Of a stretch of 64,000 nucleotides of DNA, positions 47,636 through 56,729 are shown piece by piece (the stretch's first letter is position 1; each line of letters opens with the position of its first letter). This DNA is from Thermoplasmata archaeon. GTDB lineage: Archaea; Thermoplasmatota; E2; UBA202; JdFR-43. The position numbers and the translations under genes are program-made. The stretch covers positions 506-64,505 of the forward strand of contig JAGGZK010000042.1 of NCBI GenBank assembly GCA_021162065.1, given 5' to 3'. The notes under the pieces are model-generated. The model was not told where the DNA came from and did not search any database. It worked only from the letters and a program-made list of their open reading frames with translations.

Positions 47636-49002
47636 TTTATCACCATATCTCGCAACCTCAAATCAACACCTCCCGTTGAAACCTCTATTCCCTGCATTGG
47701 ATCTCCTTTCCCGCAGGTGGCGGGATAAAATTCCAGATTTTTTCCGGCAGCATCCACCTTCCTGTAAAAGTCGAAGGTGGATATCTCTATGGCGGGATGC
47801 CTTGCTATGCCTGCCACCTCTCCATTTTTTATGATATATGCCTCCTCTCCTACATATTTCTGATTTATCCTCATATCATCTATGTTCCATTCCATGAAGG
47901 TGACCATGTAAACCCCCTCCTTTACCTCCTCCATCATTTCCTCAATATTATAATCGCCCGGCATGAAGTAGGTGTTTGCCATTCTCACTATGGGCTCCTT
48001 TCCATAGGTTGTCCTTGCCGCCGCATTGCTGCTGCAACCCATTTCATATGCTGTCTCCCTGCTGTGGAGAAATTCCCTTACAATTCCCTTCTCTATGAGC
48101 ATTCTTTTCCCTGCCCTGATGCCCTCGTCATCATATAGATAATATCCATAGCTTCCGGGAATGGTGGGGTCATCCGCCACACTTACACATTCACTGGCAA
48201 ACTCCTCGCCCAGCAGCGCGGGGGAAGCATATGACTTCCCTGCCTGCGCCGCCTCCCTTCCAAGGATGCGATCTGCTTCAAAGGGATGCCCGCAGCTTTC
48301 ATGGGCTATGAGGCCGGTTATTTGCGGTCCCATAATGACATCGCCCCTCTCCGGCGGCTTCTCGCCATGCTTTATAAGGTCTGAAAGAAATCCAGCATCA
48401 TGCCGCAGGAACTCCTCCACTTTCCATTCCTTTACCGCATCCCAACCTCCAGCATTTCCGAATTCGCGGTTCATCTGCTCCGTTTTGCCTTCCTCTGAAA
48501 CCGTAAGGAGATAGTAGAGATATGTCCTGGGGATGAGGGATTTTATTTTGCTTCCCTCGCTATTCACATAAAGCTTCTCCACCACCTCATCCGTATAGGA
48601 GAAAATTCTGCTGTGGTCGCTCACCTCTGCATCCATGGCATGGAGATACTCCATCTTTTCATCCATTCCCGCCTCCCTAGCCTTTATCCCATATTTTCCC
48701 TCCTCCATCCTCTCCTCACTCATCCCCACCTTTTTGCTCCCAATGCGGGCCATTTTCTCCGCCCTTTCCACCCCCCTTTTTATCTCTTCCCTGCTGACGA
48801 TGTTTGAGAAGTAGAATCCCATGCCCCCGTCCACGACCCTTATGGAAAAGCCGAGATTCTCCGTTACATTGTTATCTCTCATCACTCCATTGACGAGCAT
48901 GATATCATTTCTTATTCTCCTCTCCAGTCTTATCTCCACATATTTTGCCCTGCATATGTTAAGGCCATATTCCGCCAGCCCTTCATCCAGCTGGAAGTCC
49001 AT
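47632..49002 (-). CDS. tldD: TldD-family metallopeptidase
   Basis: HESCGHPFEAD (HExxxH), GxC motif region, 456 aa. Confidence 0.75.
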   Translation of the reverse strand: MDFQLDEGLAEYGLNICRAKYVEIRLERRIRNDIMLVNGVMRDNNVTENLGFSIRVVDGGMGFYFSNIVSREEIKRGVERAEKMARIGSKKVGMSEERMEEGKYGIKAREAGMDEKMEYLHAMDAEVSDHSRIFSYTDEVVEKLYVNSEGSKIKSLIPRTYLYYLLTVSEEGKTEQMNREFGNAGGWDAVKEWKVEEFLRHDAGFLSDLIKHGEKPPERGDVIMGPQITGLIAHESCGHPFEADRILGREAAQAGKSYASPALLGEEFASECVSVADDPTIPGSYGYYLYDDEGIRAGKRMLIEKGIVREFLHSRETAYEMGCSSNAAARTTYGKEPIVRMANTYFMPGDYNIEEMMEEVKEGVYMVTFMEWNIDDMRINQKYVGEEAYIIKNGEVAGIARHPAIEISTFDFYRKVDAAGKNLEFYPATCGKGDPMQGIEVSTGGVDLRLRDMVIK

Positions 49003-49095
49003 ATGGGTAATATTTCCCTCCTATTTATTTTCATCATCCCGCCCATTCTCCATAAAAGTTAAATGCTTTATCTGATTAGGTTAGTGGGGATAAAA

Positions 49096-51036
49096 ATGAA
49101 GGGATACTGGATTATACTGGTTGCCATGGGATTGATTCTGGCGAATGTGGCAGTGGTGGGGGTAAATAGGCATGTTGTCAGTGAGAAAGGCATGGAGGCG
49201 ATAGCAGACAAGATACACTTTTCCACATACAATCTCAGGGAGAATGGGGAGTATCTGAACGTGGTTATGGAGAATGCAAGGTATCTTCACAGGGCGGGAG
49301 AGCCGGTGCTTCCCTACTACACAAAAACCTACTATTTTCCTCTGGGAACAAGGGTGAAGGTGGAATGCATACCGGAAAGCATAGAGGTGGAGAAGGTTGG
49401 CAGAAGAATAATGCCTGCCTCAGAGCCCACGCCTCTCAACAGCATGGGTGAAACAAAGGAAATCATAAAGGAGGAGGTGTATGCCAGCAGCAAAGCATAT
49501 CCCGATGCATGGTATTCATACAATCTTGGGGGAGGACTTGTCGACGGAAAGCATGTTACCATACTTTCTCTCCATATATATCCTGTAAGGTATATTCCCG
49601 CCGCCGGCGAGATACAGTTCTCTAAGAATTTCCAGGTGAGGATAGATTATTCCCTGCCTGATAGGGGCATGGACACGGTGGACACCTATGACCTCGTCAT
49701 AATATGTCCGAGCGAGTGGAAGGGCGCCATAGATACGCTGAAGCAGCACAAGGAGAGCCACGGGGTAAAGACGCTGGTGAAGACCGTGGAGGATATAGTG
49801 GCCACCTATGACGGCAGGGACGGGGCGGAGAAGATAAAGTACTTCATCAAGGATGCCATAGAGGAATACGGCATAAAATATGTGCTTCTTGTTGGGGGCA
49901 AGAAATCCTACTTTACAGGAAACTGGGGATATGATGGCCCGACCCACCATGACGACAGCCTCTGGTACTGCCCGGTGAGATATGTGGCGCTCGATGACAA
50001 CGCGGAGAAGGGATACATAAGCGATTTGTACTTTGCTGACATCTACGATGCTTACGGCAATTTCTCATCCTGGGATAGCAACGGCGATGGAATATTCGGT
50101 GCCTGGTCCTTTAAGTATGGAAAGGACACCATGGACTTTTACCCCGATGTTTATGTTGGCCGCCTTGCCTGCAGGAGCGAGAAGGAGCTGCAGAACGTCA
50201 TGAACAAGATAATAACCTACGAGAACGGCAATGTGAAGAGTGAGGAATGGTTCAACAGGATGCTGCTGGTTGGAGGAGATACCTTCAACGATGCCGATAA
50301 TCTTCCCGAGGGAGAGATATCTACTGAGTGGTTCTATGACCATTACATGGCTGGAGATTTTGATAAAACCAGTTTGTTCGTCACCGATGGCACACTCACC
50401 TACGGGCATACCGAGCCCAATGAACTGGCGGGAAGATTTGCCTGGGTGAATGTGATAAAGGAGTTCAGTAAGGGATACGGCTTCGTTGTCTTCGACGGCC
50501 ATGGAAGCCCGACGGCATGGGCCACCCATTTTCTGGGCTATGCAAGTCACACTGACCCGTGGGTTAACGGGCTTATGACCTACAATATGGATCTCCTCCA
50601 GAACAAGAACATGCCCTCCATATTCATCATAGGGGGATGCCACAACAGCGAGTTCAACATAAGCCTGATGGACTTCATGAACAACGAATGGACATACCAG
50701 CCCACCTACGAATGCTTCGGATGGCACATTGTCAAGATGGCGGACAGGGGGGCGATAGCAAGCATAGGAAATACCGGCCTCGGATATGGAGAGAGCGGCG
50801 GCGACAGGAACGGCAATGGAGTGCCAGATTGCGTGGAGTACAATGGTGGATACATAGAGGACAGGTTCTTTGAGGCATATGGTGTGGAAGGAAAGGACGT
50901 GCTTGGAGAGACATGGGGAACGGCCATAACAAACTACATAAACACATTTCCACCACTGGAGGACAGAATAGATGCCAAAACCATAGAGGAATGGGTGCTG
51001 CTTGGGGACCCATCCCTCAAGATAGGGGGCTACTGA
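49096..51036 (+). CDS. Secreted peptidase C25 (gingipain-like, clan CD) family protein
   Basis: Signal/TM segment MKGYWIILVAMGLILANVAVVG. VVFDGHGSPTAWATHF (His-Gly) and PSIFIIGGCHNSEF (Cys) are spaced about 40 aa apart, as in gingipain catalytic dyads. Confidence 0.65.
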   Translation: MKGYWIILVAMGLILANVAVVGVNRHVVSEKGMEAIADKIHFSTYNLRENGEYLNVVMENARYLHRAGEPVLPYYTKTYYFPLGTRVKVECIPESIEVEKVGRRIMPASEPTPLNSMGETKEIIKEEVYASSKAYPDAWYSYNLGGGLVDGKHVTILSLHIYPVRYIPAAGEIQFSKNFQVRIDYSLPDRGMDTVDTYDLVIICPSEWKGAIDTLKQHKESHGVKTLVKTVEDIVATYDGRDGAEKIKYFIKDAIEEYGIKYVLLVGGKKSYFTGNWGYDGPTHHDDSLWYCPVRYVALDDNAEKGYISDLYFADIYDAYGNFSSWDSNGDGIFGAWSFKYGKDTMDFYPDVYVGRLACRSEKELQNVMNKIITYENGNVKSEEWFNRMLLVGGDTFNDADNLPEGEISTEWFYDHYMAGDFDKTSLFVTDGTLTYGHTEPNELAGRFAWVNVIKEFSKGYGFVVFDGHGSPTAWATHFLGYASHTDPWVNGLMTYNMDLLQNKNMPSIFIIGGCHNSEFNISLMDFMNNEWTYQPTYECFGWHIVKMADRGAIASIGNTGLGYGESGGDRNGNGVPDCVEYNGGYIEDRFFEAYGVEGKDVLGETWGTAITNYINTFPPLEDRIDAKTIEEWVLLGDPSLKIGGY

Positions 51037-51052
51037 CCTCTTCCCCTTCTTT

Positions 51053-51922
51053 TTATTTATACAATTTCACCACATTTGTTCCCTGTTTTAATCCCATGTC
51101 CTCTGCTATGCTCTCGCATTTTATTCTGAGGAGATATGCTATGGGTCTGTAATCTGTTTCCGAAAATGCCTCATAGTTTGCCATACCCTTGCTTATTATG
51201 AGAGACGCATTCCTCATCCTTTCCTCCAGCTCTTTCGATATTTTATGGAAATCCACACCCACCGCAAAACTTCCCGTGGTCATTATCTCATCCACCACCT
51301 CATCAAAACCCAGGGCGATGACGTCCTCGTAGGTGGCATCCGTCAGGATTGGAACTTCCTTGCACACAAGGGTGAGGTGTATGTCATAGTTTTCCTTCAA
51401 TATTTTGCATACCAGTTTGTCGAACACCACCTCTCCGCAGTTGTCTGTGAAGTAAAGAACATCTCCATGAAGAAGCTTTTTCATTTCTTCTATGTCGTTG
51501 TAGGCAAGCCCCTCTTCCATGTAATCCCAGAATTTGGTGAGAAGATGCTCTGGACTGGAGGCGCTCCCTGCTATGCCAAAGTCCACGGAGTTGCCCGCAA
51601 TGGATGCCAGTATCGCCTCCTCAAGCATGTCCTCGCTCTCCGCCACCCTTTTCTCCACCTCCGGAAGAATCTGAAGCGCCACCCTGTTGCTCCTCTCCTT
51701 CAAATCTTTGTAGGGGTCATCTACTCCCAGAAGGTGGTAGGCAAGGGAATGTATCTCCGTTGCTATCTCAGCGGAGCCCCTTTCCATGGTGTATATCTCC
51801 GCCATTTTCTCAAGAATTTTCTTCATGATTTCCGTTTTCTTCCTCTCATCATCCATAACAAGATTACTCTCGTAAAGCACCCTGTTGAGAAGGCATGGAA
51901 CACATCTCGGCTTCATCTTCAT
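51053..51922 (-). CDS. DUF89 (ARMT1-like) metal-dependent phosphatase family protein
   Basis: The YFTDNCGEVVFDKL segment matches the DUF89 DNxGE...D metal-binding signature. 289 aa. Confidence 0.5.
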   Translation of the reverse strand: MKMKPRCVPCLLNRVLYESNLVMDDERKKTEIMKKILEKMAEIYTMERGSAEIATEIHSLAYHLLGVDDPYKDLKERSNRVALQILPEVEKRVAESEDMLEEAILASIAGNSVDFGIAGSASSPEHLLTKFWDYMEEGLAYNDIEEMKKLLHGDVLYFTDNCGEVVFDKLVCKILKENYDIHLTLVCKEVPILTDATYEDVIALGFDEVVDEIMTTGSFAVGVDFHKISKELEERMRNASLIISKGMANYEAFSETDYRPIAYLLRIKCESIAEDMGLKQGTNVVKLYK

Positions 51923-51981
51923 GAGGGGGTAAAGCGAATAGTGTTAAAATCTTTTTTATACCTCTCTCCCATTCATATCTC

Positions 51982-52305
51982 ATGAGAGAGATCCATGCCC
52001 ATGACTTTGAGGATTTTATAACCAAAAACAGGGTGGCCGTGGTGGATTTCTGGGCTCCCTGGTGCTCGCCATGCATAGCCATGGAGCCGGCGCTGAAGAG
52101 AATAGAGGAGGAGGCAAGGGACATTGCCTTTGCAAAACTTAATGTGGATGAGAATCCAGAGGTGGCGAGGGACTACGGAGTCATGAGCATCCCCACACTT
52201 ATTGTATTCATAAATGGAAGGGAGATGGACCGCATCATCGGCTCTCAGTCGGAGGACGCGTTGAGGGAGCGTCTCTCCAACTACAGCGGAAGTTTCTCCC
52301 CGTAG
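51982..52305 (+). CDS. trx: Thioredoxin
   Basis: VVDFWAPWCSPCIAM (WCxxC), SIPTLIVF. Confidence 0.85.
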   Translation: MREIHAHDFEDFITKNRVAVVDFWAPWCSPCIAMEPALKRIEEEARDIAFAKLNVDENPEVARDYGVMSIPTLIVFINGREMDRIIGSQSEDALRERLSNYSGSFSP

Positions 52306-52808
52306 AACTCATTTATGAGTTCCGCTGCCGACACATACCATGCAAGGAAGGCGCATATCAGCCCCACTCCTCCCCCTATCTGTGTGCTGTATCCATAAAT
52401 TATGGATGCTCCAAGAATAAAGAATGTGAGCCAGAGGGTGAGGAACACAAGGGAAAGTGCCTTTCCTATCTTCATGGATGGAATCCACATGTAGAAGGTG
52501 AATATTCCCCATGCGATAAGCATGAGCCCTACAGCCTTCTCCTGAAATTCATATATGCCCAGGGCTGCGAGAAGTTCCATGGTTCCGAAGGCAATCCAGA
52601 AGGCACCGTAGGAAGAGAAGGCCGTGCCAGCGAAATTATTCTCCTTCTTGAAACTCCACATTCCTGCGGCAAACTGGGCCATTCCACCATAAAAGAAGGC
52701 GAGGGGTATGACGACACTTGCTTCTATAACCTCCAGATTTGCCATGGAAAGCACAAAGGTTGTTAGGGCAAAGGCAGCCAGTCCGAGAGGTGCTGGATTC
52801 AGTTTCAT
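52281..52808 (-). CDS. GPR1/FUN34/YaaH family acetate/succinate transporter
   Basis: NPAPLGLAAFALTTFVLS signature motif, six TM helices. Confidence 0.8.
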   Translation of the reverse strand: MKLNPAPLGLAAFALTTFVLSMANLEVIEASVVIPLAFFYGGMAQFAAGMWSFKKENNFAGTAFSSYGAFWIAFGTMELLAALGIYEFQEKAVGLMLIAWGIFTFYMWIPSMKIGKALSLVFLTLWLTFFILGASIIYGYSTQIGGGVGLICAFLAWYVSAAELINEFYGEKLPL

Positions 52809-52976
52809 GAAGTGGAATATGTGGCAGATATAAAAATTTTAAGAAATTTTTTGGAGGAGAATAGGGGATGAAAGATTTATACAGGCTATACGGATAAATG
52901 ATGTTGCCAGCAATCCCATTTCGTTTGTTTCCTTTCCAAACAATAAATCCTATTAACCACCTTTTCTTTTTGAATG

Positions 52977-53930
52977 ATGAAGGTTGCCGTCACAGGTGGG
53001 ACAGGGTTTATAGGGAAATATCTGGTTAATGAACTGCTGAATAATGGTTATGAAGTCAGGGTCATAGCAAGAAGAGATGTCCATATGGATGGGGTGGAGG
53101 TGGTAAGGGCTGATATAACAGATTTTCATGCCCTGGCGAAGGCATTTAAAGGGGCAGATGCGGTTTTCCATAACGCCGCCCTTGCCTCGGATAGAGGAAG
53201 AAGAAAAGATTTTGAGAGGGTGAATGTGGGGGGAACGGAAAATGTGGCGAGGGCATGCATGGAAAATGGGATAGAGAGGATAATATATACAAGCACGGCT
53301 GGAATATATGGCTTCCCAAACACAGAGGAGTGGATAGATGAGGAATGGGGGGAGAAACCGCTGAACGACTACCACAAATCAAAGCTCATGGGGGAGAAGG
53401 TGCTGCTGGGTTACGATGACATCATCACATCCATAATACGTCCTCCTCTTGTGCTCGGGGCAGGGGGAAATGCGGCGAGGGTAATCCTTTCCGGAATAGA
53501 GGAGGGAAGCATGGTTTATGTGGGGGATGGAAGCAACTACATACCCATTGTTCATCCCTCCGATGTCGCCCAGTGCCTTCGCCTTGCCCTTGAGAGAGAC
53601 GGAAGGGGGGAAATCTTCAATGTCGTGAGTTTTGTTTGCAGGATAGGGGAAATGTTTCGGGAGATTGCAACGCAGCTTGGTGTGGAGCCCCCCCGCAAAC
53701 ATGTTCCGTATGCCCTTGCCTATCTCATCGCATTTTTTTCGGAGAAATTTTCCCGGGACGGCATAACCAGATTTAGAGTAAAATCCCTGGGGACAACCAG
53801 GAGAATAAGCTGGGAGAAGGCGGAGAAGATGCTCGGCTATAAACCACGCTACGATTTGAAGAAAACGGTGGAGGACATGGTCTCCTGGTACATGGAGGAG
53901 AGAAACTCATCCAGCAAATCCCCCAGATAG
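52977..53930 (+). CDS. NAD-dependent epimerase/dehydratase (extended SDR)
   Basis: VAVTGGTGFIGKYL Rossmann motif, YHKSK catalytic Tyr-x3-Lys. Confidence 0.8.
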   Translation: MKVAVTGGTGFIGKYLVNELLNNGYEVRVIARRDVHMDGVEVVRADITDFHALAKAFKGADAVFHNAALASDRGRRKDFERVNVGGTENVARACMENGIERIIYTSTAGIYGFPNTEEWIDEEWGEKPLNDYHKSKLMGEKVLLGYDDIITSIIRPPLVLGAGGNAARVILSGIEEGSMVYVGDGSNYIPIVHPSDVAQCLRLALERDGRGEIFNVVSFVCRIGEMFREIATQLGVEPPRKHVPYALAYLIAFFSEKFSRDGITRFRVKSLGTTRRISWEKAEKMLGYKPRYDLKKTVEDMVSWYMEERNSSSKSPR

Positions 53931-55201
53931 CTCTCTTCCATTTCTCCATTTTTAAGCATGTGCATATTGCCTATCACCGTTTCCATTATTTTCTCCCTGC
54001 TCAGCTCCTTCATGTCATATCCGCTCGCCTTCCAGAATAGGAGACGCTGAAGAAGGGAGAAGGCAATCATCTCCCTCACCCCATCTATCTCCTTGTTGGT
54101 GAAGAATATTATGCCCACTCCATCATCTCTGAAAACCATGATGGTTGCCACCCCATACAGCCCGCCAGTATGGCCTATCTCCTCCCCTCCCCTTCTGTGC
54201 CATATCTGGAATCCCAGCCCGTAGTCGAAGCTGTAGCCGGTGTATGCCTGGATGCTATGCATCTCCTCAACGCTTTCCTCGTTCAATATTCTAACGCCGT
54301 CATAAACTCCGCCATTCATGTGGGCTATGAGGAAATGGGAGAGATCTTCCACCGTCGTTCTCAACCCGCCGGCGGGATAAACCAGTATCCCGTACTGGAG
54401 GAGGGGATAGTAATCGCCCCTGTAAATCATGTAAGGTGTGGCAACCCTTCCCACATCAAGGCGGGAGAGGCGGAAGCTGGAGTTGTACATGTGCAATGGC
54501 TCAAATATATTTTCCCTGCAGTAGTCATCGAAGGACATGCCGGAAACGCGCTCCACCACATATCCCAGTATTCCATAGCCAACGTTGGCATATCTCATCT
54601 CCTCTCCCGGAGCATAGTCCGCCCACACCTGGGGGATGTAGATGCTTCCATCTGGCAGCAGATATTCCTCAAGCCATGGATAGGGATAGCCCTCTATCTC
54701 CGGATCGCCTGGAATGTAGGCGTAGAAGGTTGGTGGGTCGCTGTTCAAACTGGATGTGTGGGAGAGAAGCATTCTTATGGTTATGGGTTTATCCGGGTAA
54801 TTCGGGTTTCTCAAAGAAAATGGAAGATATTTATTCACATCATCATCTATGTTCAGCATTCCCTTCTCCTGCAGCTGCATTATGGCGGTGGCGGTGAAGG
54901 TTTTGGAGATGGAGGCAACAAGGTAGATGGTGTCCACATCCGCATTTATGCCCCTCTCGATATTGCATGTTCCATATGCCTTTGCCCATACCAGTTCATC
55001 ATCCTTAATAATGGCCGCCGAGATGGATGGCATGTGTCCCAGTTTCATCACCGCCTTTATGAGGGCATCGAATGCCTCCTCATTCAGATGAATTTCTTCA
55101 TCCAGTGTAACATTTTGTGCCTCCCTCTTTTCCATGAACCCTCCCATGGATGAGGCGGAAAGCAGAAAAATTGCCAGCAGAGGAAGAAGTTTGGCATGCA
55201 T
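53849..55201 (-). CDS. Secreted serine hydrolase of the class C beta-lactamase / penicillin-binding protein family
   Basis: Signal peptide. SISKTF (SxxK), YAN and HTGG (KTG-like) motifs. Confidence 0.75.
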   Translation of the reverse strand: MHAKLLPLLAIFLLSASSMGGFMEKREAQNVTLDEEIHLNEEAFDALIKAVMKLGHMPSISAAIIKDDELVWAKAYGTCNIERGINADVDTIYLVASISKTFTATAIMQLQEKGMLNIDDDVNKYLPFSLRNPNYPDKPITIRMLLSHTSSLNSDPPTFYAYIPGDPEIEGYPYPWLEEYLLPDGSIYIPQVWADYAPGEEMRYANVGYGILGYVVERVSGMSFDDYCRENIFEPLHMYNSSFRLSRLDVGRVATPYMIYRGDYYPLLQYGILVYPAGGLRTTVEDLSHFLIAHMNGGVYDGVRILNEESVEEMHSIQAYTGYSFDYGLGFQIWHRRGGEEIGHTGGLYGVATIMVFRDDGVGIIFFTNKEIDGVREMIAFSLLQRLLFWKASGYDMKELSREKIMETVIGNMHMLKNGEMEESYLGDLLDEFLSSMYQETMSSTVFFKS

Positions 55202-55241
55202 GGAAAAAAACAGGAAAGAATATTTAATCGTTTTCTGGCGG

Positions 55242-55538
55242 TCAGTACTCCCTCCACTTGTATCCGCATTTGGTGCAGGTGTATATCCTTGTCTCCGGCT
55301 CGTCCGCCGCCCTGGTCTGGCGGAGAATCCAGTATGCCTCGTTATGCCCGCATTTTGGACACACCACGTTGGTTTTCGGGAGGAGCTGCATGTCTTCCTC
55401 TATTATGGCGGAGTCCAGGTCGCGCCTCTTGGAAACTATGATTTTTTCCCCCTCCTTTTTCTGCTTGTATCCGCATCTTCTGCACATCATGTATTCTCCC
55501 TCTGGATATAGAAGGGAGCCGCATTTGGGACAGAACAT
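55242..55538 (-). CDS. tfs: Transcription factor S / RNA polymerase subunit M (TFIIS-type zinc ribbon)
   Basis: MFCPKCGSLLYP...CRRCG N-terminal ribbon. C-terminal CPKCGHNEAYWILRQTRAADEPETRIYTCTKCGYKWRE. Start moved to the internal Met. Confidence 0.8.
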   Translation of the reverse strand: MFCPKCGSLLYPEGEYMMCRRCGYKQKKEGEKIIVSKRRDLDSAIIEEDMQLLPKTNVVCPKCGHNEAYWILRQTRAADEPETRIYTCTKCGYKWREY

Positions 55539-55634
55539 GGAAAAAGGAAGGAAAGGAGATATAAATAATTTGTCAGTTGCGAGGGCTATCAAAATCGCAA
55601 TTTTATTATACCGAGAGGGGATTTTCTTTCAAAG

Positions 55635-56729
55635 ATGAAAACATTGATTCTCTGTATCGACAGGGATAATGATCTCGGCAGGAAGGCAAATTTTCCTTCC
55701 CCCATCATAGGGAGGGAGGCTAATCTCAGGGCTGCGGAGGCTCTGGCTTTAGCAGATCCTGAGGACTCGGACACCAACTGCCTCTTTGCCGCCATCTCCA
55801 CCTATGACTCCCTCATAAATGAGGGGCAGGATGCCGAGATAGTCACCATATGCGGCGACATAAGCGTTGGGCTGAACTCGGATACCAAAATAGCAGAGCA
55901 GCTGGATGAGGTGCTGAAAAAGGTGAAGGCGGACAGGGTCATTCTGGTGAGCGATGGGGCAGAGGATGAATACATCATTCCGCTGGTGGAATCAAGAATC
56001 AAGATAGATGGGGTGAAGAGGATTGTGGTGAAGCAGAGCCAGACCTTAGAGGGCACCTACTACCTCATAAAGAGGCTGATGGATGATGAGAAACTCCAAA
56101 AGAGATTCATGCTTCCTCTCTCCATTGTATTTCTCATATGGGGCTTTTCCGCCATACTGGGGGCCATATCCGTTGGATTTTCCATAATTCTGATGGTGCT
56201 GGGCTTCTATCTTCTGGTAAGGGTCTTCCACATGGAAAAGATGCTCACACAGATAGGCAGGGAGATAATAACGGGACTGAGAATGGGCAAGATGACCCTC
56301 TTTTCCGCCATCCTCGCCATACTGATGGTGATAATCTCTCTCGTCTCCGCCTACAGGTTGCTGGAGGGCAGGGAGTTGATGGCTGGGGAATATGTAATCC
56401 AGTTCATAAATCAGGTTCTTTGGTGGATGATTGCCGCCGGGCTGCTGGTGGCACTGGGCAGGGTGATAGACGCATACTTCAAGGAAAAGAAGGTTCTGTG
56501 GACCTACTCCATTTTGCCCTTCACCGCCATAGCATTCGGATTGATTTTATCCGCATCCCTCAACATCCTCATTGAGGTGGCGCATGAGAAGTCCCTTCAC
56601 TTCATCTTCACCCAGAGAATTCTATCCATACCTTTTCTGGCGAAGATTATAGGGGGGCTGCTGGTGGCCTTCATAGGGAGCGTTCTTTATCACATACTCG
56701 AAGACATATATAAGGAGGAAAAGAAATGA
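55635..56729 (+). CDS. DUF373 family archaeal membrane protein
   Basis: MKTLILCIDRDNDLGRKA N-terminal signature of DUF373, a cytosolic domain followed by 6-7 TM helices. Confidence 0.55.
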   Translation: MKTLILCIDRDNDLGRKANFPSPIIGREANLRAAEALALADPEDSDTNCLFAAISTYDSLINEGQDAEIVTICGDISVGLNSDTKIAEQLDEVLKKVKADRVILVSDGAEDEYIIPLVESRIKIDGVKRIVVKQSQTLEGTYYLIKRLMDDEKLQKRFMLPLSIVFLIWGFSAILGAISVGFSIILMVLGFYLLVRVFHMEKMLTQIGREIITGLRMGKMTLFSAILAILMVIISLVSAYRLLEGRELMAGEYVIQFINQVLWWMIAAGLLVALGRVIDAYFKEKKVLWTYSILPFTAIAFGLILSASLNILIEVAHEKSLHFIFTQRILSIPFLAKIIGGLLVAFIGSVLYHILEDIYKEEKK

